Source: Eledone cirrhosa (Eukaryota). Taken from it: a DNA stretch of 64,000 nucleotides. Where the stretch lies: positions 313,782,001 through 313,846,000 of the forward strand of contig OZ024742.1 of assembly GCA_964016885.1 (NCBI GenBank). The letters run 5' to 3'. Below the pieces are notes generated by a model, which was given only the letters and a program-made list of their open reading frames with translations, searched no databases and had not been told where the DNA came from. Below are positions 12,696-27,584 of this stretch, piece by piece. Position 1 is the stretch's first letter; each line of letters begins with the position of its first letter. The translations under genes were made by a program, and so were the position numbers.

Positions 12696-15600
12696 GGTCA
12701 TTATTGTTAAGCTGTCCACAAATGCACATGGTTGCCCATTCAGATCACAAACTAGTCGTCTGCATAGTCAACCGTGATAGAATACATAGACAAGGGCCCG
12801 GATACTGTAAGCTGAACGTGTTGCCGGCACGAAAAGCCTACAGTGAACGGATAAGTAGACTAGTCAAGCAACAGTTAACGGGAGCCATCGTCAACAATAG
12901 ATGGTGGTACTCTCTCAAGAGAGCAATTAGAGTAGAATCGATAGGGTTTAGCAGAGAATTAGCTTTAGAGAAAAAAAACCCAGAAACAGAACTAGTAGCC
13001 AAAGTAGAAGAGGCGCTTAGGAGTGGCAACGCAGCTAGAATGCTAGCATCGAGAACAGCTCTGGACCAGTTCTTCGACGCGAAACACGAAGGCTGCGTGG
13101 TCAGAAGTAAATCACGTGCTCTAGGAAAGGAGGGAGCAAAAGCTGTTAGCTGGGCCCGAGTGGCGGGAGCGAAAAGTGGTAACAAGTCCACGATTCGGTC
13201 TTTGAAAGACCAAAACGGACGCGTGCTACTTGACCCCAGGCAGATGTGCGCGGCCTTTCAGCGGCACTTTGTGCGACTGTTTGAGCAGAACGACGGTGCA
13301 CCGAACGGGGCAATGGACTTTGGTTCATACCTCGACGGCCTGCTGCGTCTCTCGAGCATGGACGCCGAGTTCTGCGAAAGACCGACCACAGCCACTGAGA
13401 TACGGGACGCTCTGGGACACCGCGGGAAATGCAAATCACCCAGTCTAGATGGTCTACCCTATGAGTTTTACATAGGCATGCCGGACTTGTTCTCTGGCGT
13501 CCTCGAAGCCGTCTACTGCAATTGGCAGAACGGGACAATTCCCAATTCTGCAAGCAAGGGCGTAGTAACGCTGATCAGGAAAGACGAGAACAAAGGGGAC
13601 GAAATAAACAATTTCAGGCCCATAACTCTGCTCAACACAGAGTTAAAGATTTTGGTCAAGGTGCTAGCAACGAGGCTGGCGCTTGTCATCGAAAACCTGG
13701 TAGGGAAAGCGCAAACGTGTGCAATCCCGACCAGGTCCATACACGACAACCTCCACCTCATGCGATACATCATAGAGAGGGTGGGGTGTAAACCCGGCTT
13801 CGGTGGGGCTCTGATCAATTTAGATCAGTCTAAGGGATTCAATAGGGTCGACTATCGATACTTGGAAGCGGTTCTCAAGGCGACCAGTTTCGGTCCCGTT
13901 TTCAGAGGCCTGATCAAGGCCATGTACACCAGCATCTGCTCGAAGGTCACGTTGAACGGCTACCTCTCGGAGCCGTTCGCAATCACGTGTTCCATTCGAC
14001 AGGGATGCCCTCTCTCCTCCATTCTGTACGTATTGACTCTAGAGCCACTACTGCAGAAGTTGGAACTTTTGCAGGGCATCCCATTTAGAACCGGGACTGC
14101 GAAAAGCGGCGTCGGCTTATGCCGACGACGTGACGGTAATGGTATTGAAAACCTCGGAAATCGAGGTAATCGGCAACCTACTACAGGAATACGAAAGGTT
14201 CACAGGAGCAAAACTGAACCCGGACAAGTCTGTCGGTTTGCAACTCGGAACGTGGAGAGGCAAACCGATGCCGTCCGACAGCGTCGCCGGACGCTGGACG
14301 GAAGGATCGGTGAAATTGCTCGGGGTCTGGTTCGGTCCGGACCTCCAGGTGGAGAAAAACTGGAACGAGGTCATGGCCAAGGTATTTGCGCTCACCCAGA
14401 AGTGGGCAGAGTGCAAACTGTCTTTGAAAAGTCGAGTGGAGGTGGCGAACATTTTCATAGCGTCCGTCATCTACTACCGCTTGACTGTGGTGCCTTGTCC
14501 CCGTGAATACCTCAGCAAGATGGAACGCATGCTCTTCCAGTTCCTGTGGAAGAAGCAGGCTCCATTGGTGAGGAGATCCGTCTGCTGTCAACACCCTTCC
14601 AGCGGAGGGCTGGGCATGCCGCGGCTAATGATGCGCTGAGGCCACGGCATCTTCAGGTATTCCTCACCGACCAACCGGTGTGGGAACCGTTTGTGAGACA
14701 GGCCTTCCCACAACTTGTGAAATTGCTCGAAAGGTCGAGCGGAGGTGGCGAACACTTTCATAGCGTCCGTCATCTACTACCGCTTGACCGTCGTGCCTTG
14801 TCCCCGTGAACACCTCACCAAGATGGAATGCATGCCCTTCCAGTTCCTTTGGAAGAAGCAAGCCCCACTGGTGATGCGCAAGCATGCGCTGAGGCTACGG
14901 CATCTACAGGTATTCCTCACCGACCCCCAACCGGTGTGGGCACCGTTTGTGAGACAGGCCTTCCCGCAATTTGTCTCGCTGATGGAGCTGCAGTCCTGGG
15001 TCAAGCGGAGACCAAAGAAGATGGGCGCCTGGCACATTGAATGCGCTCAGGCACTCACAGTCCTCTGTCAAGCAGGCACGGCAATCAGTGGAGACTCCAC
15101 TTCGACATTCTATAGAGGGTTAGTACGTCACAAGGGCGACGACGTGCTCGGAGAGACTCTAGGCGTCGAAGACGACGAACTCACGAGTTTGTTTGGTAGG
15201 ACTTTCCGTCCGGGACCTATGGACAACTTGCAGGGGTCCCTGGCCTGGCAGTACTACCGAGGAGCTCTACCAGTTCGTGACAAGATCTACAGGCACAGAT
15301 GCTCCGGCAGGGATCCTTCCAAGAGGACGTGTCCAAGATGCGAGCAGGACATTGAAACCGTCTTGCACGCAATTGTTCACTGCCCGGGCGTAAGCGACCT
15401 GTGGAACTATGCAGAACAACTGCTGTTGCGTATGAGACAAATCCAGTTGACTACCGAGTCCATAGTAAGGATCAAACCGCTAGCCTCTTTCAAAAACGAA
15501 AGAGAGGCTGTTTTCCTCTGTACGGTGGCTATGGTGAAAGAGGTTATATGGTGGACGAGGTTGAGAGGACTGAGGACAGATGCCTTTCTCTCCGGACAAC

Positions 15601-15995
15601 AATTGATTCCCTTCTTTAAGTATCACTTTAGAAGAAGAATCAAAGTGGGGATAGAGGCACTGCACCCCAGTAAATTTACTGAAAGGTGGGTGAATGAAGC
15701 GAAAATGGCCAGAATGATTGGGCCTTCTCTGTTTATAAGCCTGTAGGTTAAAGAAGAGAGCAAAAGGAAGAAGGGAGCACTTACACAACACGCTCCTGAA
15801 GTTGAGGGTTGTTCTATCGACGGGGTATTAAATAACCCATTTGTGGCGTCTCCCCACCTATTGGGGATTTCGATTGTTATAATTGTTTGTTTTATATATA
15901 TATATATTTTTTTTTTACACGACTGTATGTAAAATCCCCGGCATGTGTCTTTGTATTGTCCCCTTTTCTTGTGCGCCCTTGTGGCAAATAAAGAA

Positions 15996-16031
<36 letters not shown>
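12696..16031 (+). mobile_element. Tx1-clade (L1 superfamily) LINE, 5'-truncated ORF2 with frameshifts
   Basis: End of APE domain (SDHKLV); RT motifs KSPSLDGLPYEFY, NFRPITLLN, LDQSKGFNRV, IRQGCPLS, YADD (frameshifted); C-terminal CPRC..E...H....C; AATAAA then (ATCT)n tail; internal duplication about 14430-14720/14727-14975. Confidence 0.92.
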
Positions 16032-16032
<1 letters not shown>

Positions 16033-17035
16033 CGCCTGGCACACTGAGTGTGCCCAGGCGCTCACCGCCCTCTGGCAGGCGGATCCGGTTATCAGTGGAG
16101 ACTCCACCGCAACATTCTATAGAGGGCTGGTACGCAGCAGGTGCGACGACGCCCTCGGAGAAGCCCTAGACATGGAGGAGGACGAACTGGCCAGCCTGTT
16201 CGGTAGGACATTCAGCCCGGGACCTATGGACAACTTCCAGAAGTCCCTGGCCTGGCAGTGCTACCGAGGGGCTTTACCCGTTCGAGAAAGGCTCTACAGA
16301 CACGGGCGCCCGGGTAGGGACCCCGCCAAAAAGATCTGTCCCAGATGCGTGTGCGACGAGGAAACCGTTGCACACGCATTAGTACACTGCTCGGACGTAG
16401 CCGATCTGTGGGGCTATGTCGAACAACTGCTGTCAAGGGTGGGACCGATCCGGTTGACCACCGAGTCTATTGTAATGATCAAGCCGCCTCCCCCCTTCAA
16501 AGATGAAGCAGAGGCGGTGTTTCTGTGCGTAATAGCCATGGCGAAAGAGGTTGTATGGTGGACGCGTCTGAAAGGACTGAGGTCGGGCACCTTTCTCTCT
16601 GGCCAACAACTGGTCCGTTTCTTCCGATATCATTTCGGAAGAAGGATCAGGATGGAGAGAGAGGTGCTGCACCCCAGCCGTTTCTATGAAAGATGGGTGA
16701 AAGTGGCGAGAATGGCCCGTGTGAATGGGCCTTCACTCTACATCAGACTATAGGTGAGGAAGATGAAAGACCAAGGGAGCACCCCTTCTCTGTGCTCCTG
16801 AGGAGAAGGGTTGCACACTTTTTTCGGGGGTGTGTGCGACCCCCCAAGGCGCCTCCTCTCTATTGAGGATTTTGTTAAAAATTTTATTTTTTGTTATATC
16901 TTATTTTATTTTTATATTTTGTTATAGCCTCCTCCTTATTGAGGACGCCTTTTTGTGTAAACTCCCCCCTTTGTACTTGTCCCACTTTTGATGCCCTAGT
17001 GGCAAATAAAAGAAATATATCTATCTATCTATCTG
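16032..17035 (+). mobile_element. Second Tx1-like LINE 3' fragment (related subfamily)
   Basis: ORF 16172-16753 is homologous to the C-terminus of the preceding element (CPRC..ETVAHALVHC); similar 3' UTR, AATAAA and ATCT tail. Confidence 0.88.
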
Positions 17036-17121
17036 TAAATTTATCTATCTGTCTGTCTCTCTATCTGTCTGTTAGTCTGTCTATCTATCTATATATCTGT
17101 CTGTCTGTCTGTCTGTCTATC

Positions 17122-17239
<118 letters not shown>

Positions 17240-17622
17240 TTGGCAGTATAAGCAGAGGGTCGGACGCTATGCTTTGTTGCATAGAGTTACGTCCCTTTAC
17301 GGTCTGAATTCAAATCCTGCCGAGGTTAACTTTGCCTTTCATCCTTACAGGGTCGATAAAATAAAGTACCAGTAATGCACTGAGATAATTGCTGGCCTTG
17401 TGCCAAATATAGAAACAATTATATTACATTATGTTTAGGGATTGGCAGTATCGGTAGAGGGTCGGACGCCATGCTTTGACGCATAGAGTTACGGCCCTTG
17501 CCATTCTGAGTTCAAATCGCGCCGAGGTTAACTTTGCCTTTCATCCTTACGGGGTCGATAAAATAAAGTACCAGTAATGTACTGGGTAATTTCTGGCCTT
17601 GTGCCAATAGTAGAAACAATTA
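17240..17622 (+). mobile_element. Two adjacent SINE family A copies
   Basis: Copies at about 17240-17422 and 17442-17622. Confidence 0.85.
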
Positions 17623-18221
17623 TGTTTAGACATAAGTGAAGAGCTTCCAAGAGCTTACAATTAAGAACCGAAACCAAAATTTTAGATTCAAATCGCTGAG
17701 AAAACTCTCGCTCTTCTTTCATACAAAATGTAAACTATTTTTATGCATTAAGTTTCTTCAAAATGTATATAGCTCGTTAACAACTCTAAATTGTATTATA
17801 GCGAGACAGAATTGTTCTATTGGCTCCAACAAGATAATAAATTGGAGAGCAGTGTTGATTTTTTATGTATGTATGTGGGTGTGTACGTGTGTATGTATGT
17901 ATGTATGTATGTATGTATGTATGTATGTATGTATGTATGTATGTATGTATGTGGGTGTGTATGTGTGTATGTGTGTATGTATATATGTATGTATGTGGGT
18001 GTGTATGTGTGTATGTGTGTATGTATGTATGTATGTGGGTGTGTATGTGTGAGTATGTATGTGTGTATGAGTGTATTCATGTATGTATGGGAGTATGTGT
18101 GTGTGTATGTATGTGTATTTATATATTTATATACATGTAAGCATGAATATATATGTATCTATGTATACATACGTATGCACACCCGTGCGTGTGTTGTGCG
18201 TGAAATTGTGCACGTTTGTGA

Positions 18222-18264
<43 letters not shown>

Positions 18265-18280
18265 TATATACACACATATA

Positions 18281-18369
<89 letters not shown>

Positions 18370-20558
18370 ATATATATGCTCATATATGTGTGTAGACTTA
18401 CGTTGAGAAGCCAACATGGGTATAAGAAGAGAGAAGAATGATTTGTTAACTCGGATAAAACTATTGGGAATGAATTTCAAATCAATAAGAGGAACCCCCC
18501 CCCCCCAAAAAAAAAAAAAAATTGACAACGCTAGAGTGTAAGTGGCAGAGAAAGAGAGTAAGGGAGAGAATGAGAACAAAATACATCTGAAAGGAAACTA
18601 GTAAAACACCAATCAGATATCAATACTTTTATACATTTCTTCAATAGTACATATAACAGCTTTTATTGTCCAACCCCAGGCCATAAAGGGACGTAATTAA
18701 GTGTCTAGAAAAAAATCTATTATAAAATAAATCAGAAATTATATAACACATATGGAAAACAATAGAAATTTCTGAGGTTTCTGAGGCTAAATGATTAAAG
18801 GCTATTCTGAAATAGCACTTTCATTTTTAATTTCTAAATCAGATATTACTCGATATTCATTTTAAACCTTCGGGGATTACTTCACCGTTTTATCATGTTA
18901 ATATTTCTGTTCTATTTGTGGAATAATTTGATTGCTAATCTTGCCAAAAAGGGTGCCACAATATTAGAAGAGAGAGAGGAGTGAAAGGAAGGACGGTAGT
19001 GAGTTTAATCAAATGCAGTACTTGATTGCTACTTATTTTATCGATCATGGAAGGATGAAAGACAAAGTGATAATAATATAAAAATAATCTTGAATGAGAC
19101 ACAATACCCAACTTTAGTTTTCAGTTTACTTAAAAGGCTCAATTTATCAAAGTTTCTCCTAAATGGTAAATTAACCGAAAGACACTGAACAACGGGTGTT
19201 TTCCACTCGACCTTTGTAAGATGCCTTATTCGTGCTTTTAGAAAAGAATTCATGATAAATGAAAGACAATTTGTTTGATGATAATATATTTCCTTTAATT
19301 TTGTTATCAGTATGTTTGTGATACAATGACCCTTGTTTGAGGTTACATTCTCAATAGTATATGTTATCCATTTTTATTAATTTTTAATTAATATTTAATT
19401 ATGCACACATTAATTTAACGTGTAGGTCGCACCATTGACCGAAGAACGAGAACGCTTATCATCATCCAAACCGATGGAGATCCATTTAATTTATGTCGAA
19501 CGTAAGGAAAGCTGCAGAGTAGTGAGTGGTAGATATCAGGAAGTTAGGACACAGTTTGGTTTCTATTTCAGTATAGTATAGTTGAACTTTATTGCTAAAG
19601 AACGTTTTTTTTTTCGATTTTGTTATTTCTGTCTAAATTGCAACTGTAATTAAGAAGTGCAGTTCCTTCATACTTTACTATGTAATATCAAACACAATAT
19701 TAATCTTTCATAATGATTGGTACTGACACCATAGAAAAGACTGTCCATTTTGATTATGTTGTGCAACATAACTGATAAATACATTTTATTAATTCCTTTC
19801 AAGCCTTTCTTAATTACACTTGCTGTTATTTAGCCCCAGGTCAACCCTAATTGAGCAGACCTATTTTACAAGATATTCTTGTGACCATGCATTATTTTCC
19901 GAGAAAGTTCATCTCAGACATTTTCCAAAGTATCGTTAATTTATTTTTATACATTAGAACGTAATTTGGATGAGATTTGGCTGTTTATTCTTCCATATTG
20001 AGCGATCATGTATATGATCAGTTGTTGGTCTCTTGCTAATTACTGCTGAAGCTAGTAATATAAAATTAGAGCTTCTTCTTTAGCTTTAATAGATAAAGAT
20101 GTCGTGGACGACATACGTCAACCACCGCGGCCGATAGAACTTATATTATTATATAATTTGAAAATAAGCTTTGGCATTTGTTTGTAAAGAATCAACAGAC
20201 ATATGACTGCGAGTCAAAGATTATATAACAAATATAGCAAACTATAAGACGTAATGAGGCTAAATGATTAAAGGTTATTCTGAAATAGTTCTCTACTTAT
20301 ACTTTCTCGTTTAAATCTTGAAGCAAGAATTAAGCGATATTCATATTAAACCTCCAGGGATTACTTCACCTTTTTATCATGTTAATATTTCAGATATGTT
20401 CACGGAAATATTTTGTTTTCTTCGAAACTGTGATCTAGCACACGATGTGAATTCATGACGAGATTTTTAAACGGGTAACAAGGAAGCCAGAAACTTTCTG
20501 TACGATAGTAATGTACCACGAGGAGTCAAATACCACACACATGTAGTTATGCTTACCC

Positions 20559-20800
20559 TGGAGGCGCATGGCCTATTGGTAAAAGTGTTGACTTACGATC
20601 ATAATGTCGTGGGTTCGATTACTGGGCTGGGTTGCGCGAAGCAAAGCACTTCATTTCACGTTGCTCCAGCATACTCAGCTGAAAATGAGTGCCAACAATA
20701 GCTGGAGGTTTAACCCTGCAATGAACTGGCGTCATGTCAAGGAGGGCACCGTGTACTCTCAGTCACTTTATGCCATGAAACTGGGATGAGCGCTGCTATA
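20559..20800 (+). mobile_element. tRNA-derived SINE family B
   Basis: A box TGGCCTATTGG, B box GGTTCGATT, body GCAAAGCACTTCATTTCACGTTGCTCCAG. Relatives at about 26870-27210(-), 54465-54790(+), 55980-56295(+), 49880-50140(+), 3460-3730(-). Confidence 0.7.
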
Positions 20801-20925
20801 ACGAACCTTCTGGCTGAAGACACTTTAGACTTAGACTAAGAAGTTCACACATGAGAAGTTTTGAGTGGAAGATTGCAAAACAAAAAGCGACACATGAAAA
20901 AAGACTAACAAGATTTTATGAAGAA

Positions 20926-21390
20926 CTAGCTAAATGACCCGGCGTTGCCCGGGTTACTGTTGTTCTTATTCAGATTAGTAAACAATAAACATGAAGATAT
21001 ATTTTTTTCTCATAATTATTATTTCAAAATATCTATATTTTATAAAAAAAATATCAAAATTGTCATGACAATAGAATTTAGAAATGAAAGTCTGTCAATC
21101 TTGAAGCACTTCAGGGTAAACAATATACATTGTGTAATTTTTTGTTGGTGTCCAAATGAGTAAATTGTTGCTAATCCAACTCGTGAGCAACCAACATAGA
21201 GTTGACCGTAGGAGAAACATGTAGTAGAGAGATCTGTAGTAGAGGGATTGACCCTGAGATCTGTTAATCGAAACAACAAAACTTAGTTTGACTGGAAACT
21301 GAAGCCTCTTAAATTCAAATGGAACAGCTGTAGGTATGAGAGGAATTTTTAAAATAAAAATATTATCTTTCAATATTGTAAACAAATAAG
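20926..21390 (-). mobile_element. Helitron 3' fragment with PIF1-like helicase C-terminus
   Basis: IPLIPTAVPFEFKRLQFPVKLSF..INRSQGQSL and CFSYGQLYVGCSRV; 3' hairpin CCCGGGCAACGCCGGG followed by CTAG|T on the minus strand. Confidence 0.85.
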
Positions 21391-21722
21391 TATCAACATC
21401 CCAAAGAAATATATATTAAGTATTATTTTTGTATGCAGTGTATAAGCAAATATAAGCAAATGTATTAATTGCTAATTTAACGGTATGAATATATGAATAT
21501 AAACGAACAGGCACATATACACTCACACAAACATACACTTATAAAAAACGCACAGACATATATTCATATAAACACACATATACTTTCACACATATACTTG
21601 TCAGTCATCACATGTGTAGATGTGTGTGTGTGTGTTTAATTCTCTGTGTATCTGATTAAATATTTACGTGAATATGTATGTGTATGTAACTTACTAAGGC
21701 TGAACGTACATAACGAACGTGT

Positions 21723-21855
<133 letters not shown>

Positions 21856-21953
21856 AACACATACACACACATATATAAAATGTGACGTCGTTGTCGTCGT
21901 CGTAGTGATATAAAATCTCCGTTTATTATAGTTGACCATAATTATTTATCATT

Positions 21954-22260
21954 ATCTATAAAAGGCAGATTGTTGTTGTTGTGTGTTCCATGTTTATACA
22001 TTTGCACAATTTCAAACCGATTCGACTCAAATTCTATAAGAATGTTGTAAATGGTCTTAGGCCAACGACTATTTATTTCTTTCAAACTCACCCACAATTA
22101 CGGAAATAATCGATAAAACTAAATACATGACGCTTTACCCCTCTAATACAATCTGATACCTCTCTCTACTCTCCTTAAAATTCGATAAAACTACATACAG
22201 GCTGCAACTTTCTCTTATATACACTTAAACTTACAAACTTCCTTTAGGAACGCCGAAGAA

Positions 22261-22335
<75 letters not shown>

Positions 22336-23109
22336 TTTGCTTTTGAGTGTGGAACGGTCAAACATTTATTTACTTCAATGACAAAGAGAACTTATTACAT
22401 TTCATACGAAACAACAATTATTCAAAAGCAACAGATAAATTTATTCAACAACAAAAAAATAGCGATAAATCTTATTTAAAACATCTCTCAACGAACGTGG
22501 AAGAAAGAAGTATCAGTTTACTTACTATACACAATAATATCCTCTATGAGGTCACTAAACCTGCTAGAAACAGCAGCTAACTCTCGCCCATATCACACCA
22601 CTCCCTACTGTCTTAAATTTAGAAAACACATATCCTCTATGAGGTCACTAAACCTGCTAGAAACAGCAGCTAACTCTCCCCCTATCACACCCCTCCCTAC
22701 TGTCTTAAATTTAGAAAACACATATCCTCTATGAGGTCACTAAACCTGCTAGAAACTGCAGCTAACTCTCCCCCTATCACACCCCTCCCTACTGTCTTAA
22801 ATTTAGAAAACACACATTAGACAACCATGCAGAACAACTGCATTGCAGCTCTGTTGTTCGGCTGGCATCGTCTACGCGCATATTGCGCAAGTACTGTGAA
22901 ACAATACATTTCAACACTTCTTTACACAGAGATAATATCCATAATCGAAACTACAATAGACACTGCTGGCGCAGCTCCTGCTTCGGCAGTCCAGGTCTGC
23001 AATTCATTCACCCGGTGCCTGGCAGACAAAAAGTGCTGCCATAAAATGGGTGGTGCAACCTAACTTTGGTAACTTACTGACCCTGAGCAACGCCGGGCTT
23101 TAATGCTAG
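21954..23109 (+). mobile_element. Non-autonomous Helitron containing (GA)n and a roughly 92-bp minisatellite
   Basis: 5' TCTATAAAAGGCAG start; 3' CCCTGAGCAACGCCGGG hairpin then CTAG|T; three ~92-bp units at 22537-22812. Confidence 0.65.
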
Positions 23110-23559
23110 TTTACAATAGTTTATAACTTTTCCTATTAATCCGTATGGTGAGCAAATGGGGTCCCACGTGCTGACTCCCCACAGCCCCGGCGGACAGGAT
23201 GGAGAAGGCGTTTCTCCGGAGGATGGTAAGGGAGATGCGCTGGAAGAGCCATTCCAACTCACGAGGCTCACACCTGTGGCTGGCTAGCTCAGCGTTTATG
23301 GAGGTGAATAGGGAGGTAGCCCTAGATAAAATGTTATATTATTTTAATCCAAATGAAAATGAAAATAAAAATTACATATTGTTAATCCCGGGGTCTAATA
23401 CTTATTACCTTGTAAAATTCGATTTGATTTGGTCGAGCCGTTTGAGAATGCACAAGGAAAAGACAGACAGACAGAGAGACAAAGAATTTTATATATATAT
23501 AAATTGAGATGTCTAACTCATTTCAAACCAAGAGACAGCATTGAAGAAGAGTGTTTGTA

Positions 23560-23607
<48 letters not shown>

Positions 23608-24205
23608 TGTGTGTGTGTATGTGTGTGTGTGTGTAGGGGTGGGTAGTGGGAGACAGATTGCAGTACATTTAATCGGCATCTGTGTTTGACTGGTATTTAT
23701 TTTACCGACCAAAGAAGGATCACGTAGAAAATGAGATATATCTTCACGTTGTGAATGAGTTATGTCTACCGCTTCAAATGATAACATTTATAGAGTTATA
23801 TCGTTTGAAAACAAGTCTTTGACACTTCTTTTCAATCAGCAGACGTACAAGAGCGCCGCGTCAAAATCAAATAGCAATGATAAGTCAACAATCTGAATTC
23901 TATCTTATTTGTTCGTTTAAACATCAATAGCTATATAATACTTCCTGTTTCAAGTACCAGAGCTTTTCTATTGTACTTTACGGCTTAGACTCTGTATTAT
24001 TCATAGATACTATTCGGAACTATGAAATATTATATATATATATGATAATAAAATCTATACAATTAGAAATATACCCATTTGAAACTTGTCCCAATTTACC
24101 TGTTAGACCCTGTATATATAAATATATATATAGAGGCACTTCTACTTAACTCGTCCCTTGGACTGAGTGCTCTACCACTACGGATATTACCTTCCAGTGT
24201 TCCAC

Positions 24206-24244
<39 letters not shown>

Positions 24245-24252
<8 letters not shown>

Positions 24253-24617
24253 TAAAAGGAATTCCAACTTTGTCTGATTTACTCGTTTTATTTACAATCC
24301 TTTAACATTTATAATGGCATTAGAATGAAATAGTATGGTAGAATATTAAATGTTAAGTGTTAATTGAACAAGTACTTTCATGCTTTCGCAATCTTCAGGT
24401 TCATAATGTGTGGTGACAGTCAAGTTTGCAATTTTCACTTGACTGTCACCACACATTATGAACCTGAAGATTGCGAAAGCATGAAAGTACTTGTTCAATT
24501 AACACTTAACATTTAATATTCTACCATACTATTTCATTCTAATACCATTATAAATTTTAAAGGATTGTAAATAAAACGAGTAAATCAGACAAAGTTGGAA
24601 TTCCTTTTATTAATATA
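24245..24617. repeat. About 370-bp near-perfect palindrome beside (TA)n
   Basis: Arms 24245-24425 and 24437-24617, 11-nt loop, few mismatches. Confidence 0.92.
24459..24497 (+). ncRNA. Minimal type I hammerhead (mirror copy 24365-24403 on minus strand)
   Basis: TGAAC-CTGAAGA-T-TGC-GAAA-GCA-T-GAAA-GTAC-TT-GTTCA; GNRA-capped helix II, palindromic helix III. Confidence 0.78.
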
Positions 24618-24648
24618 ATCTTCTATACACAATCATACATACCCGTGT

Positions 24649-24752
<104 letters not shown>

Positions 24753-25289
24753 GTGTGTGTTTGTGTGTGTGATGTATGTATATATATATGTGTATATATA
24801 CGGAGGCACACACGCACGCGCCTCCGTACACATATGCACACACACGTACATATATATCAAAGTCCACCTGGTTGTGGTGCGGCTGATAACGTTGTTAGAA
24901 CTCAATGTATCCTAGGAAGGATAGTTGCGGCCAGAACCGGCAGTGTGACTAGTAGTTCTTGTGGTAGGTGATCACGGTCTAAGGTATCCTCGAAGACAAT
25001 CAGTCCTGGTAATAGAGTCATTTACATATATGTGTTTGAACAATAAAAACAAAAGTCAGGTGTGGGTAGAGAGTTAGTTCATGAATTAATTCTCTACCTA
25101 CACCTAACTTCTGTTTGTATTGTTCACCCCCTCCCCTCCCCTTCCCCTCACACACGCGCAAGTTGTGCATGCACACATACATATATATACAAACATGCAT
25201 AAGAGTTTTAATCCAAAGATTAAAACGATCTGTCATACAATAAAGAACTCAATACATTCTAATGAAATGTTTATTTATTTCTATTTAAA

Positions 25290-25700
25290 TCATCATCCGG
25301 TGGCCTCAGCCGAAATCGAATCAACAATTGATCTCCACGTGGGTCTGTATTTCATTGCCGTTGCCAAATCCTGTATTTCAATACCGGAATCTCTGGAGAT
25401 GACATCGCGGTAGGAGAGCTTGTGCCCCCTGTTATTAGTGACTGCCTGTGGTTTCCAAAGCCCTAATGGGGACAGAGCCTCACAGGTGGCACGATGTCAG
25501 TGGCCAGCAAATCTTACTCTCCTTTTACGTACAACGACAGATAAGCGTGGGAGACCGGCATATATCTCTCTCAAAGTCAGATGTCGCCAGCTTATGTTCT
25601 GAATGCGTCTAAGCAGGCGAGTCTAGGTGTCATCAAGGCGCTTTTGTTGTTTGGATGAAAGAGTCCATGTTTCACTTCCATATTTGAATAGAAGCCATAT
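25290..25700 (-). mobile_element. RTE/RTEX-like LINE 3' fragment
   Basis: YGSETWTLSSKQQKRLD..TRLLRRIQNISW...RRVRFAGH, with stops and frameshifts. Confidence 0.75.
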
Positions 25701-25740
25701 GAACGTATCAACTTTTCAAATTATACAACATTCTTTAGGG

Positions 25741-26557
25741 CAGAGATTGCCAAAATTTCGGACCTCACGAACCACTAAATTCATAATTTTAAATCCTGCG
25801 GACCTCTAATATGAATTTTTTAAAAAAGATAAATACATTTGTAAAATAATTGTTTCTACAATAGGCACAAAGCCAGCAATTATCCCAGTGTATTACTGGT
25901 ACTTTATTTTATCGACCCCCGACGGGATTTGAACTCAGAATGGCAAGGGCCGTAACTCTATGCGTCAAAGCATGGCGTCCGATCCTCTACCGATACTGCC
26001 AATTCACTGCCCTAATACATTTGTAAAATAATGATCAGAAAACTTCCATTTTATTAATATGTAATGTACCTATTAAATATAACAACATTATAAATGCTTA
26101 TTTAATTATAACAAAATTATAAATGCTTATGTAATAATAACAAAATCTTTAAAGTAAATAATTGTTTCTACTTTAGGCACAAGGCCAGCAATTACCCAGT
26201 GCATTACTGGTACTTTATTTTATCGACCCCGTAAGGATGACAGGCAAAGTCAACCTCGACGGGATTTGAACTCAGATCGTAAAGGGACGTAACTATGCTG
26301 GAAAGCATGGCGTCCGACCATCTACCGATACTGCCAATCCACCGACCCTCTTTAAAGTAAATAATTGTTTCTACTTTTGGCACAAGGCCAGCAATAACCC
26401 AGTGCATTACTGGTACTTTATTTTATCGACCCCGTAAGGATGAAAGGCAAAGTTAACCTCGGCGGGATTTGAACTTAATGACCAAATTTTACTATGGACC
26501 ACCAAAACTTTCTCTCAGACCACCAGTGGTCCGTGGACCACCGTCTGGCGACAGCTG
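25741..26557. mobile_element. hAT-type MITE with three nested SINE A insertions
   Basis: CAG...CTG termini, 8-bp TSD CTTTAGGG on both sides; SINEs at about 25846-26010, 26157-26348, 26362-26475. Confidence 0.75.
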
Positions 26558-27584
26558 CTTTAGGGGTCATTATTCTATATAGCAATCTCTGAATAAAAGT
26601 TTGTGAAGTCTTTTAATAACAGAAATAAAAAAAAATGTCGGATTACACTCACTGGTAATCTGTTAGTTGCGGTTATCTTGGTTTTGTACTCTTTTTATAT
26701 ATAAAATACTACTAGCTGTCATTTTTTATCGCTTTGACAGCTAGTTGAGATAGTAAACACATATATTGTATTAAAATAATAAATAAGGAAGGAAGTAAAA
26801 TATGCTAATCAGAACATTCTCGTCGGACGGTATGAAGATTCGTGTTTATTTAATAGTAATAACCTGTAAGTGTATATAATAAACTGGCACTCCGTCGGTT
26901 ACGACGTTGAGTATTCCAGTTGATACGATCAACGGAACATCCTTCTCGAGAAATTAACGTTCAAGTGGCTGAGCATTCCACAGACATGTGTACCCTTAAG
27001 GAAGTTCTCATGGAGATTCACTGCGACACAGAATTTGACAATACTGGCCCTTCGAATTACAGGTAAAACTAATTTTTGTCAGCTGAATGGACTGGAGCAA
27101 CATGAAATAAAGTGTCTTGCTCAAGTACACAACGCACCGTCGAAAATCGAACTCACGACCTTATGATTGAGAGCCGAATACCCAAACTATTAAGTCACAC
27201 GCCTTCACAACTGTCAATAGTGGTTTCTGATTTTGGCAGAAGGTGGGAGTGGAAAGTCGATTAAACCAGCCTCAGTGCGTAACTGGTACTTTATTTTATC
27301 GACTCCCGAAAAAGTCGTTCAATTCGATCTCAGTACTTAACTAGAACTTATTTTATGTAACCTTGAAGTGGGAAAAGGCCAAAATCACCAATGTTGGAAA
27401 TATTCGAAATCCAAAAGTAAAGAGATATAATTAAATAATGGTTTCTGATTTAGGTACACGATTAACAATTTTGAAGAAGAGGAAACTCGATTAAAACGAC
27501 CCCAGTGCGTTACTGGTACTTTATTTTATAGACCATCTCAGGAATAAGTGGGTGAAAAAGAAGAAGGAAAGTCGATTAAATTGT

